A stretch of DNA of 64,000 bases from Convolutriloba macropyga (lineage: Eukaryota): positions 23,870,001 through 23,934,000 of the forward strand of contig NC_134479.1 of assembly GCF_964194025.1 (NCBI RefSeq). Direction: 5' to 3'. Under the pieces are notes generated by a model. The model did no database searches, had not been told where the DNA came from, and saw only the letters and a program-made list of their open reading frames with translations. A program made the translations under genes and the position numbers. Numbering within the stretch: the stretch's first letter is position 1; each line of letters begins with the position of its first letter. Below are positions 36,480 through 50,499 of the stretch, piece by piece.

Positions 36480-37400
36480 TTTTCCTCGAGAACTGCTTGC
36501 ACGATTCCAAAAGGTGAACGTTGGGGCTGAAAAACGGTGAGTCTTGGTAGTGTATACCACACATTATCTTGGTGTTTCAATTGAAAATTTTTTATAGTCC
36601 TCAAGAGATAATTAGATGAAAAATTCAAAATTATCAATAGCAATTCGTCTGTGAGGAGACTTCATTAATTTCTGAGCCAGAAGATTACAGCTTAAAGTTG
36701 GCCAGTTTACTTAGAACTGACGTCATCTTCATCAGGACCAATTAGGACTACGAAGAACGTTGTCTCACTATTAACTCCAATAATGGAATGTGATCTATAT
36801 AAATTTTAACTACATAACTTGTTGAGACCTCAATATTATAAAATTTTTTGTCAATTCAGGAGGGTTTGAAAATACACATATTGTACAATCACAGTCGGAG
36901 AATAAATATAATCCAATTTTTGGAGGTTTTTAGTATATCACTGTTCTTTAATTGATATAAAAACTTTCTGTGTGTCCCAGCAAACTTTTTTTGCTAAATA
37001 GTTGATCATAATTCTTCTCACAGAAAAAAGAGTTGCCCAGCCATATTTTGTTCAGAAAGTCTTAATCGAGTTTACTAATTTTTAGCAGAACTTCTGACTT
37101 AAGACACTGAAAAAATTTTTTGGATCAACAGTCTCCATCAATGATAATTTTCTGTTTGTTTTTCCAGTTTTCTGGACTGATTTTCTTAAAATTTCTCTTA
37201 AATTGATTAAAGGTCTGAAGAACAAACAACTTGAATTACTTCTTTGTTGTACATTTCTGACACGGGTCACCGTTAATAATACCTTTCGTTTATGAGTAAA
37301 AGAATATTTTAAAAAAAGTAACAAACTCGAATCGAACTTCACCAAGTATTGGTCGAGGACTGTCTTTTTGTATTTAATATTTTTAGAAGAATGTAGTTCC
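36480..37400 (-). mobile_element. very decayed LINE RT remnant (tentative)
   Basis: FFRPLINLREILRK (YRPISLL..L.K-like) and METVDPK (FDTVDH-like) in ORF 37082-37417; GIVQAVL further downstream. Confidence 0.3.
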
Positions 37401-37832
37401 CTAAATTGAGGCCTCAAGAAAGTACTTTAATGCAAGAGACTATTTACAATGATAACTCTTATAAAAAATGGTGATTCTTTAAATCACTAGTACCACAGAT
37501 GCGACTTTTTTTGATCGTGCAATAGGATTAATACCACGTTTTCTTTCAAAAACGACAAAAAAATTGACGGAATTTCATTAATCTCATACGTAATTTATAA
37601 AAAAAACATTAACCTACAATAAGAGAAACGCTTTCGTTTTGGATCATCTAAACACAAATTATGTTCAAACCACCGTAATCATTATATTAGTCAATTTCCT
37701 TCTATGAAAAGGCTTGAGGTAACACATTTAAACTTAATGGAACAAAGATTCAAGTTAATACATTGTAGGCTCCTCGCTTTAGATGAAAAGATTCACAGTC
37801 AGTAATTACTGCCATCAAATTTGTTTCTACTT

Positions 37833-40330
37833 TGACCTAAAAAAACAAAGATGCCATCGATACTAAGCAAAAATAAGATATTTGCCGCCACTGTGACGTT
37901 CTTAAAAGGTTTTCTAGAATTTCAGCCTCTTAATAGCTCATTTTGTGATAAGTTGTCTTTGTTTCAACAGCTTATACAATTAATATTCTTGGAACTGACA
38001 AATGTAAAGCACAAAATAGTAAGCTTTCACGTTGCCAATTTTAGTTTTCTGTGTGTCTTTAGCAGCAATACAGGTAGTTTTTAGACAGCTTCCAGAACTA
38101 AACAACAGAAAAATATTTATCTTTTACTTTCATATCAACCAACGTTTAAACTTTTATGTATAGCTTATAGAATTGAAAACGATGAACGTCAAAGTAATTC
38201 AAATCCTTTATATGGGCGTATCCAGCAAAACACAGATGGATAGGACATTTTTTTCTCCGCAGTAAACCATGAGCACGCTTAGATGAACATAATTTTTATT
38301 GCACTGCTGCAGGCCAAACACACTTCGAAAAAGTAGAAAATTTTAGTTTGCCACGCTTGACAAACATCGAAAGAGAAGATACTTTATACATTACCCAGGA
38401 GAATGTAAGGCAATACAAAGGATATATTATGGCACTGCAGCATGCAAGGAAAACTTTGAAAGAAATTTTTTTATTTCAAAACAGCGTGAAATGCACCCGA
38501 TGAGAAAAAAACTGTTTTATATACGAGGTAAAAAAACAACAAAATTGACTATCTTGCCGGTGTTCGGACATTGTCAATTCAAATTTTTTTTCTTCATTTC
38601 TTGAAAAAAAAAGTAACTGGATATTTTTTACTCACAGTGTCGGAATTACTACCACAATAGCGTTTTTAAACTTGAAATGCCTAACAAAATGACGTTTGGA
38701 TTGGGCTTCCAAAATTTTTCTGTAAATCTTTTTTGCAGGAAATCAACGATTCTGTAGGGCGATTCTGACCAAAAAAAAACAAAGATGCTATCGATACCAA
38801 ACAGAAAAAGATATTTACCGCCACTGTGACGTTCTCAAAAACTTGTATAGAATTTCAGCCTCTAAGTGGCTTTTTCGTGATAAGTTGTTTTTGTTTCAAC
38901 AGCTTATACAATGAAGATTCTAGGAACTGACAAATGTAAAGCACAAAATAGTTCGCTTTCACGTTGCCACTTTTAGTTATCTGCGTGTGTTTAGCAGCAA
39001 TACAGGTAGTTTTTAGCCAACTGCCGTTAATAAACAACAGAAAACAATTTATCTTTTACTTTCATATCATCTAACGTTTAAACATTTTTATGTATAGCTT
39101 ATAGAATTGAAAACGATTAACGTTAAAGTAATTCAAATCCTTTATATGGCGTATCCAGCAAATCACAGATGGACGAAACATATTTTTTTTTCTCCGCAGT
39201 AAACCATGAGCACGCTTAGAGGAACACAATTTTTATTGCACTGCTGAAGGCAAAACACACGTCGAAAAGTAGAAAATTTTGGTTTGCCACGCTTTACAAA
39301 CATCGAAAGAGAAGATACTTTATACATTACCCAGGAGAATGTAAAGCAATGTAAAGCACAAAGTAGTACGCTTTCAGGTTGCCATTTTTAGTTATCTGCG
39401 TGTGTTTAGCAGCAATACAGGTAGCTTTTAGGCAACTGCCATTGATAAACAACAGAAAACAAATCATCTTTTAATTCATATCATCCAACTTTTAAACTTT
39501 TATGTATAGTTTATAGAATTGAAAACGATTAACGTCAAATTATTTCAAATACTTTGTATGGGAAATTCAGCAAATTACAGATGGATGAAAAATTTTTTCT
39601 CCGCAGTAAACCATGAGCAATCTTCGAGGAACATAATTTTAATTGCACTGCTGCAGGCAAAACACGTGTCGAAAAAGTAGAAAATTTTAGTTTGCCACGC
39701 TTTACAAACATCGGAAGAGAAGATACTTTATACATTACCCAGGAGAATGTAAGGCAATACAACGGATATATTATGGCACTGCAACATGCAAGAAAAACTT
39801 TGAAAGAAGTTTTTTATTTCAAAACGGCGTGAAATGCACCCGATGAAAAAAAAACCTGTTTTATATACGAGGTGTAAAAAACAATAAAATCGACTATGTT
39901 GCCGGTGTTCGGAAATTGTCAATTCAAAGTTTTTCTCTTCATCTGTTGAAAAAAATCAACTGAATATTTATTACTCACAGTAACGGATTTACTACCACAA
40001 TAGCGTTTTTAAACTTTAAATGCCTAAAAATTGACGTACGAATTGCGTTTTCAAAATTTTTCTTTAATTTTTTTTTTGCAGGAAATCAACGATTCTGTAG
40101 GGCTAACATGAAATCATATATCATTTATTATTAATCAAACATGAAGTCCAGACTGACTGGAAGTTTATTACTCAAAGTAACGGACTTAATACAAAATTAG
40201 CCTTTTTAAACTTGAAATGCCTTAAAAAATGACGTACTCATTGTGCTTTTTATTTTTTTTATTTTTTTTTGCAGGAATTCATCATCGATTCTGTAAGGCT
40301 AATATGAAATCAAATATCATTTCTATACAT
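37833..40330. repeat. young tandem array, ~933 bp unit with an internal re-duplication
   Basis: Unit starts tgacc.aaaaaaacaaagatgc.atcgatac at 37833 and 38767. The second unit breaks at ~39345 and restarts at an internal position. Copies are highly similar. Confidence 0.95.
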
Positions 40331-41261
40331 AACCAGAAAAAAAGGAAACAAATTGACAATGATATGGCCTTTAGTTACCAGGAGACCTTGTGCGCTCGAG
40401 TAATCATTGCCACTAAATGGCTGCTTTTTCGTATTTTACAGGAAATCAAATTGAATTGTTTTACGGCAAACAGAATTTTACTAAAGAAGCAAAGCTCTAC
40501 ACAATAAGAAATCTGGAACACCTTTATAGTGAACTTCTAATAAATTATTATTTTTTTAATGTTTATGCTATAAAATCAACTCACGAGCAAAGCCAATTTT
40601 TTCTGCGCAGAAAGGTCCTTAAAAGCACGAATGCATTCAAACATCAAGAAGTCATGTAAAAATTTCAAGTTGCAAATTTTTCCTAATTGGCCAGAAAATT
40701 TGCAGTTTTTTGAAGCTAGATGAATTCTAAGAATAAGTGATACAATTAGAGAGTTCAACAGTGCGCATTGCAAAAAAATGTCACATCTGTAAAGGGATTT
40801 TAAAAAAGAGAACTTCTGTTTTTTTATATAAAATATGACTAGATAGGAAACATACACTCATATAGAAACTTATTTGAAGAATTTAAACCAATGACAGATA
40901 TCTAAACATGGTTATGGTTCAAATAAGCAGATTTTTGCAGCAAAAGTATTTGAGTTTTCAGCATAAAATCGGTGCATGAGTACAGAGTCTTATTATCATA
41001 TGTGACCATTTACGAGGATCCGGAAAATGGGACACTTTTCAGGATACAAGTCGCTGGAAACTAACATACTTTTTGTCACTCTAAATAATATTGATATATG
41101 AGCTAGAACGCTTTGCGGTTGTTTTTTTGGAATAGGCTGCTCAATTTTGAAAGCTGAAACAGCTGTTGCCTAGATACTACCTTGATGATTTTTCCGACAG
41201 CCTTCGTTATTTTTCGCTGTGTGAGAAACGCCACGAACCCCTTCAGAATAGCCATTTAATC

Positions 41262-41634
41262 GGTGTCAGGACAAAATACCCATTGCCAAAATACCCAATG
41301 TGACAAAATACCCAAAATATACCCAATATTTTATTCTAACGTTGAAACTATCAGAACGATTATTTAGCATAATATTTAGTTAGTGCGTTTGGCCATGCCT
41401 CGCGGGCCAAGTCCATGCCTCAGCGGCCCGTGGGACTTGATATGAAACTATCACAACCGAACATGGGATTAAACTATAACAACTTAATTGCGAGAAAACA
41501 TGCTTGTAAAATTGAGTGCTAATTTGTAATCGGATTATTGAACGAAAAGATCAAAGGAAATAAATTGGGTATAATGGCATTGGGTATTTTGGCACATTGG
41601 GTATTTTGGCATTGGGTATTTTGTCATGTAAACC
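41262..41634. mobile_element. MITE, 373 bp, with an 8 bp TSD
   Basis: TSD ATTTAATC at 41254-41261 and 41635-41642. Ends GG...CC. TIR gacaaaataccca with subterminal repeats caaaatacccaa / ttgggtattttg. Confidence 0.85.
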
Positions 41635-42369
41635 ATTTAATCATAATTAATGAATATTTTTTACTTTTGTTACCCAGATTTCCAAAAAAAACTTTTTGGA
41701 AACTAGCATGGTAACGAGGACATTACTGAGTGACTTGTACTTAATAAATTGTAAAATTTGTTCCTGGGAAACTACAGGAATCCCGGAAAGGTCCCTCAGA
41801 ACGAATTAAAGTCACCGGCTTTGAACAAAAAAAAATTCACAGCAAACGCTTTTGATCTGTAAGTTGTCGGATTTTGATCAATTTGGAGTCTAGTTTTCAC
41901 CTAGTGAGAAATGTGAGAAATAGATGATCAAAAAACTCAGACGGTAATTTGTTTTCATTGATTTTATAGGTAAATAAAAGTTTTATTTCAGTTTATGTGG
42001 TGGCTCATTGATAACCTACTGTCACATTTTGACGGCAGCCCACTGTTTCTACGATAGGAGGCACAAATTGCTGCCAATGGACAAGTTCACAGTTTCAATA
42101 GGTTCTCTTTGAAATTTGAAATCCACATCTTAATTGTTTCACTACTTATAATGTTTCTTTTATTACAAAAAAAACTGTCGATTTCTTAAGAGCTAGAGAG
42201 GAATTGAAACAAAAACCATTTGCAGTAGGGTAGGGAAATGCTTTCATACTTTCACGGCTGATCATATCATTTTTTTAAATAATGGCGTTGATTCATTGAA
42301 ATTGAGCGCAGTAGTGACAAAATTTGCAGCTTTTTGGAACATTTTTTGGAAACCGTTTGCAAAACCTCC

Positions 42370-42632
42370 AATGACATTTTTTTGTAATTGAAAAGCTTTC
42401 CTATGAAAATTGTGGGTTGAAAAATTTTTTTAAAAGATCCAATTTTAGAGCAGCATCAATTTCCGTGAAAAAAAGGAGGTCAGTTACGGTAAAGGCAAAA
42501 GTTTTGTCTTTTCCATAATTGATCTCCTTTTTGTTCACGTAAATTGATGCTGCTCGAAAATTGGATCTTTTTAAAAAAAATTTTAAACCCACAACTTTCA
42601 TAGGAAGCTTTTCAATAACAAAAAATTTTCAT
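42370..42632. mobile_element. foldback palindrome/MITE, ~260 bp
   Basis: attgaaaagctt.cctatgaaa.ttgtgggtt...aaagatccaatttt.gagcagcatcaattt mirrored around ~42500 with essentially no spacer. Confidence 0.85.
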
Positions 42633-43141
42633 TTTAAGGTCCTTTACTAATTTTCTTTTCCGATTTGACTAAAACTAACCACACCTGCGACATTTGAGAT
42701 CAATCATATGTTCCATAATTAACAATAAGGGGTCGTTTTAATCACATTAACAAAAAATTCAGTCTATAACTTTTTATGCTGAGCTTCCCGGTTTGGAGTC
42801 CCAGTAAATCCCAGTGCTCGTGGTTAATTTAATCCTCACAATAGGAGCTGAAGGCGTCGATTTATTTTAATTCTGACGCAATAATTAGAGCTGATAATAA
42901 GTTTGCGATAAAAACGGCGCTCAAAGCTAACCAGAAGAAGTTTTCAATAGCCGGGCCGGCCAGATAACGGCCATCTATCAGGCTGCCAAAAAAAACTTCT
43001 GCTGGCTGCCACTCTGACTTAAAAATTGCAAAAGTTGCGGAATTGAATTCATAATTTAATGCCGATTTCTTTTTGTAAGGAAACCCTCCAACACCCTCAC
43101 CTTCCAAATAGAGCTGCATCAAAAAAGCAGTCCCACATTTG

Positions 43142-43186
43142 CTCCTTATTCTTGCAACACATCTTGCTTGAGCCTATTGCTGAGGG

Positions 43187-43242
<56 letters not shown>

Positions 43243-43285
43243 CTCAGCAATGGGCTCAAGCAAGAACTGTTGCAAGAATCAGGAG
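43142..43285. repeat. ~45 bp inverted repeat flanking a (TA)n microsatellite
   Basis: ctcct.attcttgcaaca..tcttgcttgagcc.attgctgaggg-(TA)n-ccctcagcaat.ggctcaagcaaga..tgttgcaagaat.aggag. Confidence 0.9.
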
Positions 43286-43462
43286 NNNNNNNNNNNNNNN
43301 NNNNNNNNNNNNNNNNNNNNNNNNNNNNNNNNNNNNNNNNNNNNNNNNNNNNNNNNNNNNNNNNNNNNNNNNNNNNNNNNNNNNNNNNNNNNNNNNNNNN
43401 NNNNNNNNNNNNNNNNNNNNNNNNNNNNNNNNNNNNNNNNNNNNNNNNNNNNNNNNNNNNNN
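43286..43462. other. assembly gap
   Basis: N run. Confidence 1.
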
Positions 43463-46400
43463 ATAAAACGTCTGTACTTGGCCCAAATACCCAAAATGAC
43501 TTAAGCTTGAATTTGTCAATCAGGTAGACATCAGCTCGAAAAGTTTTTTTAGTTTACACTGGACTATTGCACGAATCAAATTGTTATGCTCAACGTTCGC
43601 TGGTCTCCAAACACTGAATAACAAAAATTAGATCCAGCTATTGCCAGATTGTGACTTGGAGACTTTGGTCTCGAACTTTTTTACATGCAATTTTATTGAT
43701 AACTACTGCATATTAATAATGTGTGTTTGTGTGTTTATGTATGTATATATGTATCCATGCATGTATAAAAATAGTATTATTAAAAAAAACATTAAAATAC
43801 TAGAATGCAACTATGTTTTTTTCATGAAAGAATGCTGTTTAAGTTGAAGTATTCAATGTTAAAACGGTAAAAAGTTCTTTATTTTCGATAAGGAGATTTC
43901 ACTCGCTCCTCCTCAGATGAAGAGGGGCAATCTCATGCTGGCAAAATTGATGAGTTGTTCATTCACCCACGTTATAACGACACTGAAAAGTCAGAGAAGC
44001 ACGACATCGCAGGTACTCTGGTTTTTATGTTGTCGTCAGCATATAAACTTTGCAAAATGTGAAATCTATGCTTCGTGCAAACTAATGGCCCTCTGGTAGG
44101 CTGAATTTTAATAACAAACATAACGTCTGATAGAAAAACGAAATTTGCAAAATTTTGTGATCACATTTTGGGGCAAAAATTTTGAGCATATGTACCAAAA
44201 ATCCTCTCATTTTGAGGTGGAATTGAAATGGTAACATATCTAAGAGGGTTAAAGAAATGTGACTAGGGGCTTATTTCGTGTGCAGGTGATTAAAAAATAT
44301 ACAAGTTAGTGACAGCTGTTGGAGGACGTTCGAGGAGTCATGTCAATCAAAATTTTAAGTTATGGGTGGCTTGCAGGCACTACACTCCCCTTAGCGTTGA
44401 AATAATTTCCCTTTGAAAACTCAAACAGTGCTTCATGTTACTATGTGCGTCATAAACGTGCATCGTTTTTATTTAATCCCGTCGTTTATTTCCCTCAGTT
44501 CCTCGTTACAGGCATCGAGTTAACCCCTAGCAAGCCCCAAATTTATATCAATTAGCCTAGAGGAATTAGCCAATCACTCGGAGCAGCGTTTTTGCTCTTC
44601 ACGACGTGTCAATTGTTTGTTAAAATCTTCGTTTTGTTAAAAATTTTATTATTTAATGGAATAGTTTCATGCTGTTGTCTCAATAATTCAGTTATTATAC
44701 GTTTGTAAAATATGATTGAGCCTGTTTATCCGGTTAAGATATGCCATTAGGGGCCCCCATAACTGGGCATAATTGAACGATTTGTGCAAGTTGATTTCAC
44801 ACGCAATCTTAATCAATCATTTCTGTGGAAAACACTTATGTTCACTAAATTAGCTTTGGTTTAAATTTTTGAGGAGATTAAGTCAGTCTTGATTTTCAAA
44901 GGCGAATGTAATTAGTTTTGAAGATTTGATTATTAGATTTCGCATTTTGAGTAATCGAAGTTTACAATTGGAGTAACTAGATCCCACATTTTGCGTTATC
45001 CGATTCTACAAACTCAATATGCGTTTGATGTATGTTTCAAGAAGTCCATTTCTTTGATAACGAGTTCCAGTAAAATAATCAGCTGAAAGTTCTTTCATTA
45101 TTTGTTGCAGGTAAATGAACAGAAAAAAGTTTTATGATTTCTTAAATGTACTTTGTTCCCCCTTCCCTTCCCCACCCAGGTTAGTGTGCATATAACTTTG
45201 GACCCCCTTGTCCCCACGTATTTATTTCATAGTATGCTATAAAACAACAGTTTGCAACTGTGCATGAATAACTGCATTAACAATTGATTTTATAAAAAGA
45301 AGATCTTGAGAGAAATGTGTGCATATATTTGATTTCAGAATTTTCCGCCTTTATTGCTAGAAAAAAGGAAGTATTTAATTTCACGAAATTCCCCTCAATA
45401 AAAAAGTGGTTTCGGGTTTCAGAGAAGAAATTATTCTGAGTTTTACTTGGAGTTGATTCCATATGCTTGTGAAATAGATCGGAAGAAATGTGTGCAGTTA
45501 GCTGTTTCTGAATTTCCCCCTTTCTTAAAATTAAAATGGGAGGTTAAATTCACAAATTCCTCCTCATTTAAAAGAAAAATGGTTTCCAGTTTTGGAGACA
45601 AGTTTTTTCCTCAGTTTTTACTTAGAATTAGAAACAATATCTGCAATTATTACATTTAAAACCTGTGAGAACATCAGTGTTAAATTTCGGTTTTTCAAAT
45701 CCCCCCCAATAGGCTTTAATTTTCTCAGAGTTTTTTTTGGAGAGTTGTTTGCGTAAATTGAATTATTTCAAGAATTTTGTGTCAATTTTATTTACATGGA
45801 AAAAAATAATACGGAAATAACACAAATTTACTACAAACATTTAGTTAATTAGACCAAAACGTTTGTGGTTCTATTTGATTTTGAAGGATTTGTAGATCTC
45901 CTTGCAACTCCGCGAGCTCATTCAGTTTTCGTCAAATTTTAACAACCCAGCCTATGTGTCAATTGAAATCGGTTATAGTTTTTTTTATTTAAAACAAGTC
46001 TTAGGGAGCCAAAATTTACTCCTAATTCAAAAAGAGCTAAATTTGAATTCATCGCAATTAAAATTTTGATCTTATTTTGTCAAAATCAGAATTAGTCGCC
46101 TTTGACTACATAAATCAACCTCATTCATGGGAGAGGGGATATTTGCGCTTTTATTCATCAATTAAACATGTAAGTTTGTTCCACGCAGTTTTGTTTTGAT
46201 TATTGCACATGAGAAAAAAAAAGTAGAACCACTTTTTCATGCTTTGCCAAATCCCCTGACAAAATTCTGTCAGTGTAAGCAATTTTGTATCGTCAGTTTT
46301 GTCCACAAAACCGTTCTAAAAGCCCTCTGTGGACAACATTGACGTATTATGTAAGTGTTGCTCAAGTTTCCGTAAGTTAAATCTACTGGTCTAAATTAGG

Positions 46401-48309
46401 GGAGAATTTGAATTACCTTGAGTGGTCTGTTTTTACCTGTAATGGCCGTTTTTGGATGTTTTCCAACAATATGTCAACAAATTTTGCTTGTTTTCCTTGC
46501 TAAAAATGAGTTATGTTGCTACCGTTTTCTTGATAACAACTAGGAGGCATCAAATTCCACAGTGTATCAAACAGTTATGCAACCTAAGTAAACAAAAATT
46601 TGAAATGATTATTCAAGTTTTTAATATACCAGCTTGAAGCTGTAGATCTCGACAGGTAAATTTTTGGCCGGCAACGTTAGTTAAAAATCCCGCTGAACGT
46701 AAATATAGATCTGGATAGATCGGCAAGGTTCAACCTTGTTTATAGTGTGATTTGAGACATGACAAGTTAAAAATTGCGATTAGCTACGGCCATATTGCTA
46801 AATAGTTTCAAAAGTTTCCAAAATCCGTTTGATATCATGATATTGGCAGTTCTGAACGGTCTTTCGTGTCACTGTCGTGTAATTTCCCCAGCTTTGGTTT
46901 ATTTTCGTTTGTATAGTAAAGCAGTTTTGACTCATCCATATTTCATATTAGTTTTTTTTGCAAATAAGTATCTCTCTTTGTTACAATTTTTTTCTTTTTT
47001 AAGAAAAATTGTACTTCGGAAAGTATATATATAACATCAATAATGTAATCTGAAAAGGGACACGTTTTGTAAGAAATAAGTTTGACAACAAACGCTGAAC
47101 ATATTCCTATTCATCATATTCAGCACATAGAACTGAAGATTCCATAATTCCAGCACGTTTCTTACTTAAATCATCCCTCTAATACCACGACCCTGGTTTG
47201 TTCTATTCAGTCAATCCATATTCTGGAGAAGGTTGGATCAACCTCTTAGGCTCTGACCAGGCCTCTTTTCAGAACATCTAGAGCACCCTAAGCGAACAAA
47301 TATCTAGACTCGCTTAACATCTAAACTATTTGATATTCTGGTCAGAGCATCAAGGCTCTAGTTATCGTTACGTTCTAGCCGTTCTAGAGGATTTTAGCAG
47401 ATCTATAGTGGACGCACTTTCTGTAGCTCGCTCCTCTTAATTTTTCTGTACCAGGCATTTATTGGTCAGACCAAACTGGACCACAGAGAGGGGGTGTCCA
47501 GAACAACCAGACGGAAAATGGGTTTTGGCCAAATTAAACCGACCAAAATTTTGCAACGACCAAAATTTTTCCAGGCCGTTGAGTTGGGTTGTGCCTGCTG
47601 TAAACGACCCAAGTCGATTTGGCCAGTGCAAGCTTTGGCTTATGGACCTCATCCTGGGTCATCTTCAACCTCTCCCCGGATCATCGCGGCTTGATCAGAA
47701 CCGAATTTGTTTTCGTACCTTGATCTGAGTGAACTTCAACGCATGCTCTATTTCAGTGTTGAAATTAAAAGAGATGGTTCCAATCCACAGCGCCCGAAAG
47801 CCTTTACCTCCGTGCTGGATGAAGGATTTTCCTGAAGGAGTCTTGAAAAAATTACCAAACAACACATCCATAGAATTCCTTGCTATGGGATTGGGACATG
47901 TGAATCATACAAGAACGTACGCAGAAAAACTGCAGGTTACAAGATAAAAAAGCTTATTACGATTTGGCAAAATGTCCAAAAGTCGAGTATACATAATCGA
48001 TTTTGTCGGGTTTTTTCTTTGCCCATTTTTTTAAAGATTGGAAGTATAGGTGGGTAAGGAAATTAGTAAAACCAGACTATTTTTGTTCAAATATGCTTAA
48101 AAATACCTATTTCTCATGAATACAGTATATAATTAACGAACTGTGGGAAAGCCAAATTGATGACAAGTTTCAGAAACGTCCCTCTTGATACTAATTGTGA
48201 ACTAAGAAGACGATTACTGGTTTTGAAGTTACGCGTACCGCAGATTAAAAAATAAAAACAAGTGAGTTTTAAATTTGGTCTCAAGTAATTGCTAATAAAA
48301 TTAAGTCAA

Positions 48310-49990
48310 TATTGTTTTTGGCTAATTACATGCTCAAAATGGTTAGTTTTGTTCCCACAAAAAGCAAAATTGTTGAAATTCGCCCTTTTGGACAGTGACC
48401 ATGTAATGGTAAATGCTGCCAAAGCCTGATTGAGTTTTGGTTGCCACTCTATAAAATCTTTAAAACACATTTCTTCAATTTTATGACAAAACAGGAAACA
48501 GCTGTAAGTTGGGAATTTTTCGGACTCTAATACCCGGAGTCTATGAAAATCATATAATAATACTTCAAAAACCGTTCGCACAACGAATCTTCCAACGTTA
48601 TTTTTGAGCGAAGAAGTTTTGACTAAATATTTACTCGGAATTGTTGATTTAAAATGCCTACAGTTTTTTTATTTTGTTCTCTTATTTTGATAAATTGTTA
48701 CACGCAACTCAAATTTGAAACTAAATTATGCGTTACTTTGCTCCAAATTTTATACTATTCGTATCTTGAGAAAAAACAGGCCCATTTAGATGAACACATT
48801 CTTTGCACAAAATTTCACGTCATACTTTAAATCTTGAAATGCTGTCAAAACGTTGAGTTGCTGATTTTCCGAATGATAATACGAATAGTCTCTTGTCCAT
48901 TTCATTTAACTGGATATGCGAATCATACAAGAAAGTACGCCTAAAAATTTCAGGTTAGAAGATGAAAAGTTCCTTACAACTTGGCCAATGTCTGAAAAAT
49001 TGAGAACACAAACAAAAGAAAAGAACGACCATTTGGTGACTACTTTCAGCAACGTCCCACTCAATAACAATTGCGGACTGAGAAGACAATTAGTCGTTTT
49101 GAAATTATCCATTGCACTGCTCACAAGAAATATCAGGTCAATGAACTTGGTCTCTATGATTTACTAATAGAATGGGAGCAAAAATGTCTTATGCTGCAAA
49201 CACGCTAAGAAATAGTTTTATTTCATTGAAAAACATATAATTAAAATCGCTCTTTCGAATACTCAATCTTGAATGAGTTTTCCTGCCAGTCTATGGCAGT
49301 AGCTAAAAAATCTCAACAGAAGCTAATATATATGATAAAAACTGAAAACATCTGGATTTTTTCATGACCATAATACCGGGATTCTATCTGAACTGTATAA
49401 CAATATATCAGAATAATCATGGCACTAAAAATCTTGGCATCTTGTGTGTGAGAGAGGAAGTTTTTGACAACACTTTTTTACCTAGAGTTATTTTTAAAAA
49501 GTCTGAATATTTTTCTTTTGTTCTCAGTTTCTTTAATTCATTCTTATACCCAGCTCAAATTTGAAACAAAAAAAATCTTTCTTTTGACCCAAAATCTTTT
49601 TTTTTTCAATACCGCTAGATAAAACAGGCAAATTTAGATGAAAAGGGTTAAATATGTCTTTGCTGAACCGTTCACTTTGCTGAATGTGTTTCAGGTCTTT
49701 GCTGTTGCTCCTGGGCACTATATACCAATTTTAAAAAAAAACATAGGACGGCGCGTCGAGATTGTGACCACGACAAAAAGGTTCCAGAATAAGTCTCGCG
49801 TTTTAAAATATTTTTCTTTGTTCTGAGAGGAAAAGCACCTTTGAATATCAGCTCTTCAAAATTCAAGGATATGATTTCTTCGGATATTAAACCACATGCA
49901 TTATTTGCAACATGAAGGAGCTCCTTAGAAAAGTGAAATTTCGTAGAGGCAATCAGCTGTAAAAGAAAATCGCATTAAACAAACAAAGAA
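48310..49990 (-). mobile_element. decayed LINE 5' half (ORF1 plus APE endonuclease)
   Basis: Minus strand KRETYSG (LExYSR-like), IETKFIDLIFL, SPQLLLSGTLL (PDII.LSETWL-like), NHFEHVI (LDHVI-like). Confidence 0.45.
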
Positions 49991-50499
49991 AAAAATTTGC
50001 AAAATAAATGTGAAGAAATCAGTTTACAGCAAACTGATAAATGAGTGAAGTTCTCGTTCAAAATCAGCCCAATTAAAAAAATCTCTAACAATTGGTTGGG
50101 CTCGATATGCAGTTAAAAATTTATCTCCAGTTAAAAGTTTGAAAAAAAATTGCATATCAAGAAATCATCAACCATTAGAGTTATGGATTGTTTAAAGTTT
50201 TGTTCCTGCGGTAAGAACTCTGGTTATGTTTTTTGCTAAATTCATTGTCTTATAATCGGACCCGTTCTAGTTTCTAACATTTTAAATCATCCAAAATGAT
50301 TTTTTTTTATTTCAATATTTCGTGACATATCGAAAAAGAAGTAAAAAAGTACTTCAATTCTTGTAAAAAAAACACTAAAAAACTAGTTCTATTAACCAAC
50401 GCAAGTGTACTCTGCTGATGGAATTGATCTTTAATAATATGTTACATTAGTTTGAAAGAAACTATTACCTCAAACATTTAACTGATTTTCCTGTTTGGA

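Noticed and set aside
47453-47536. GIYWSD motif suggesting an LDLR YWTD repeat exon
   Set aside because: A single short motif followed soon by a stop, with no further repeats.
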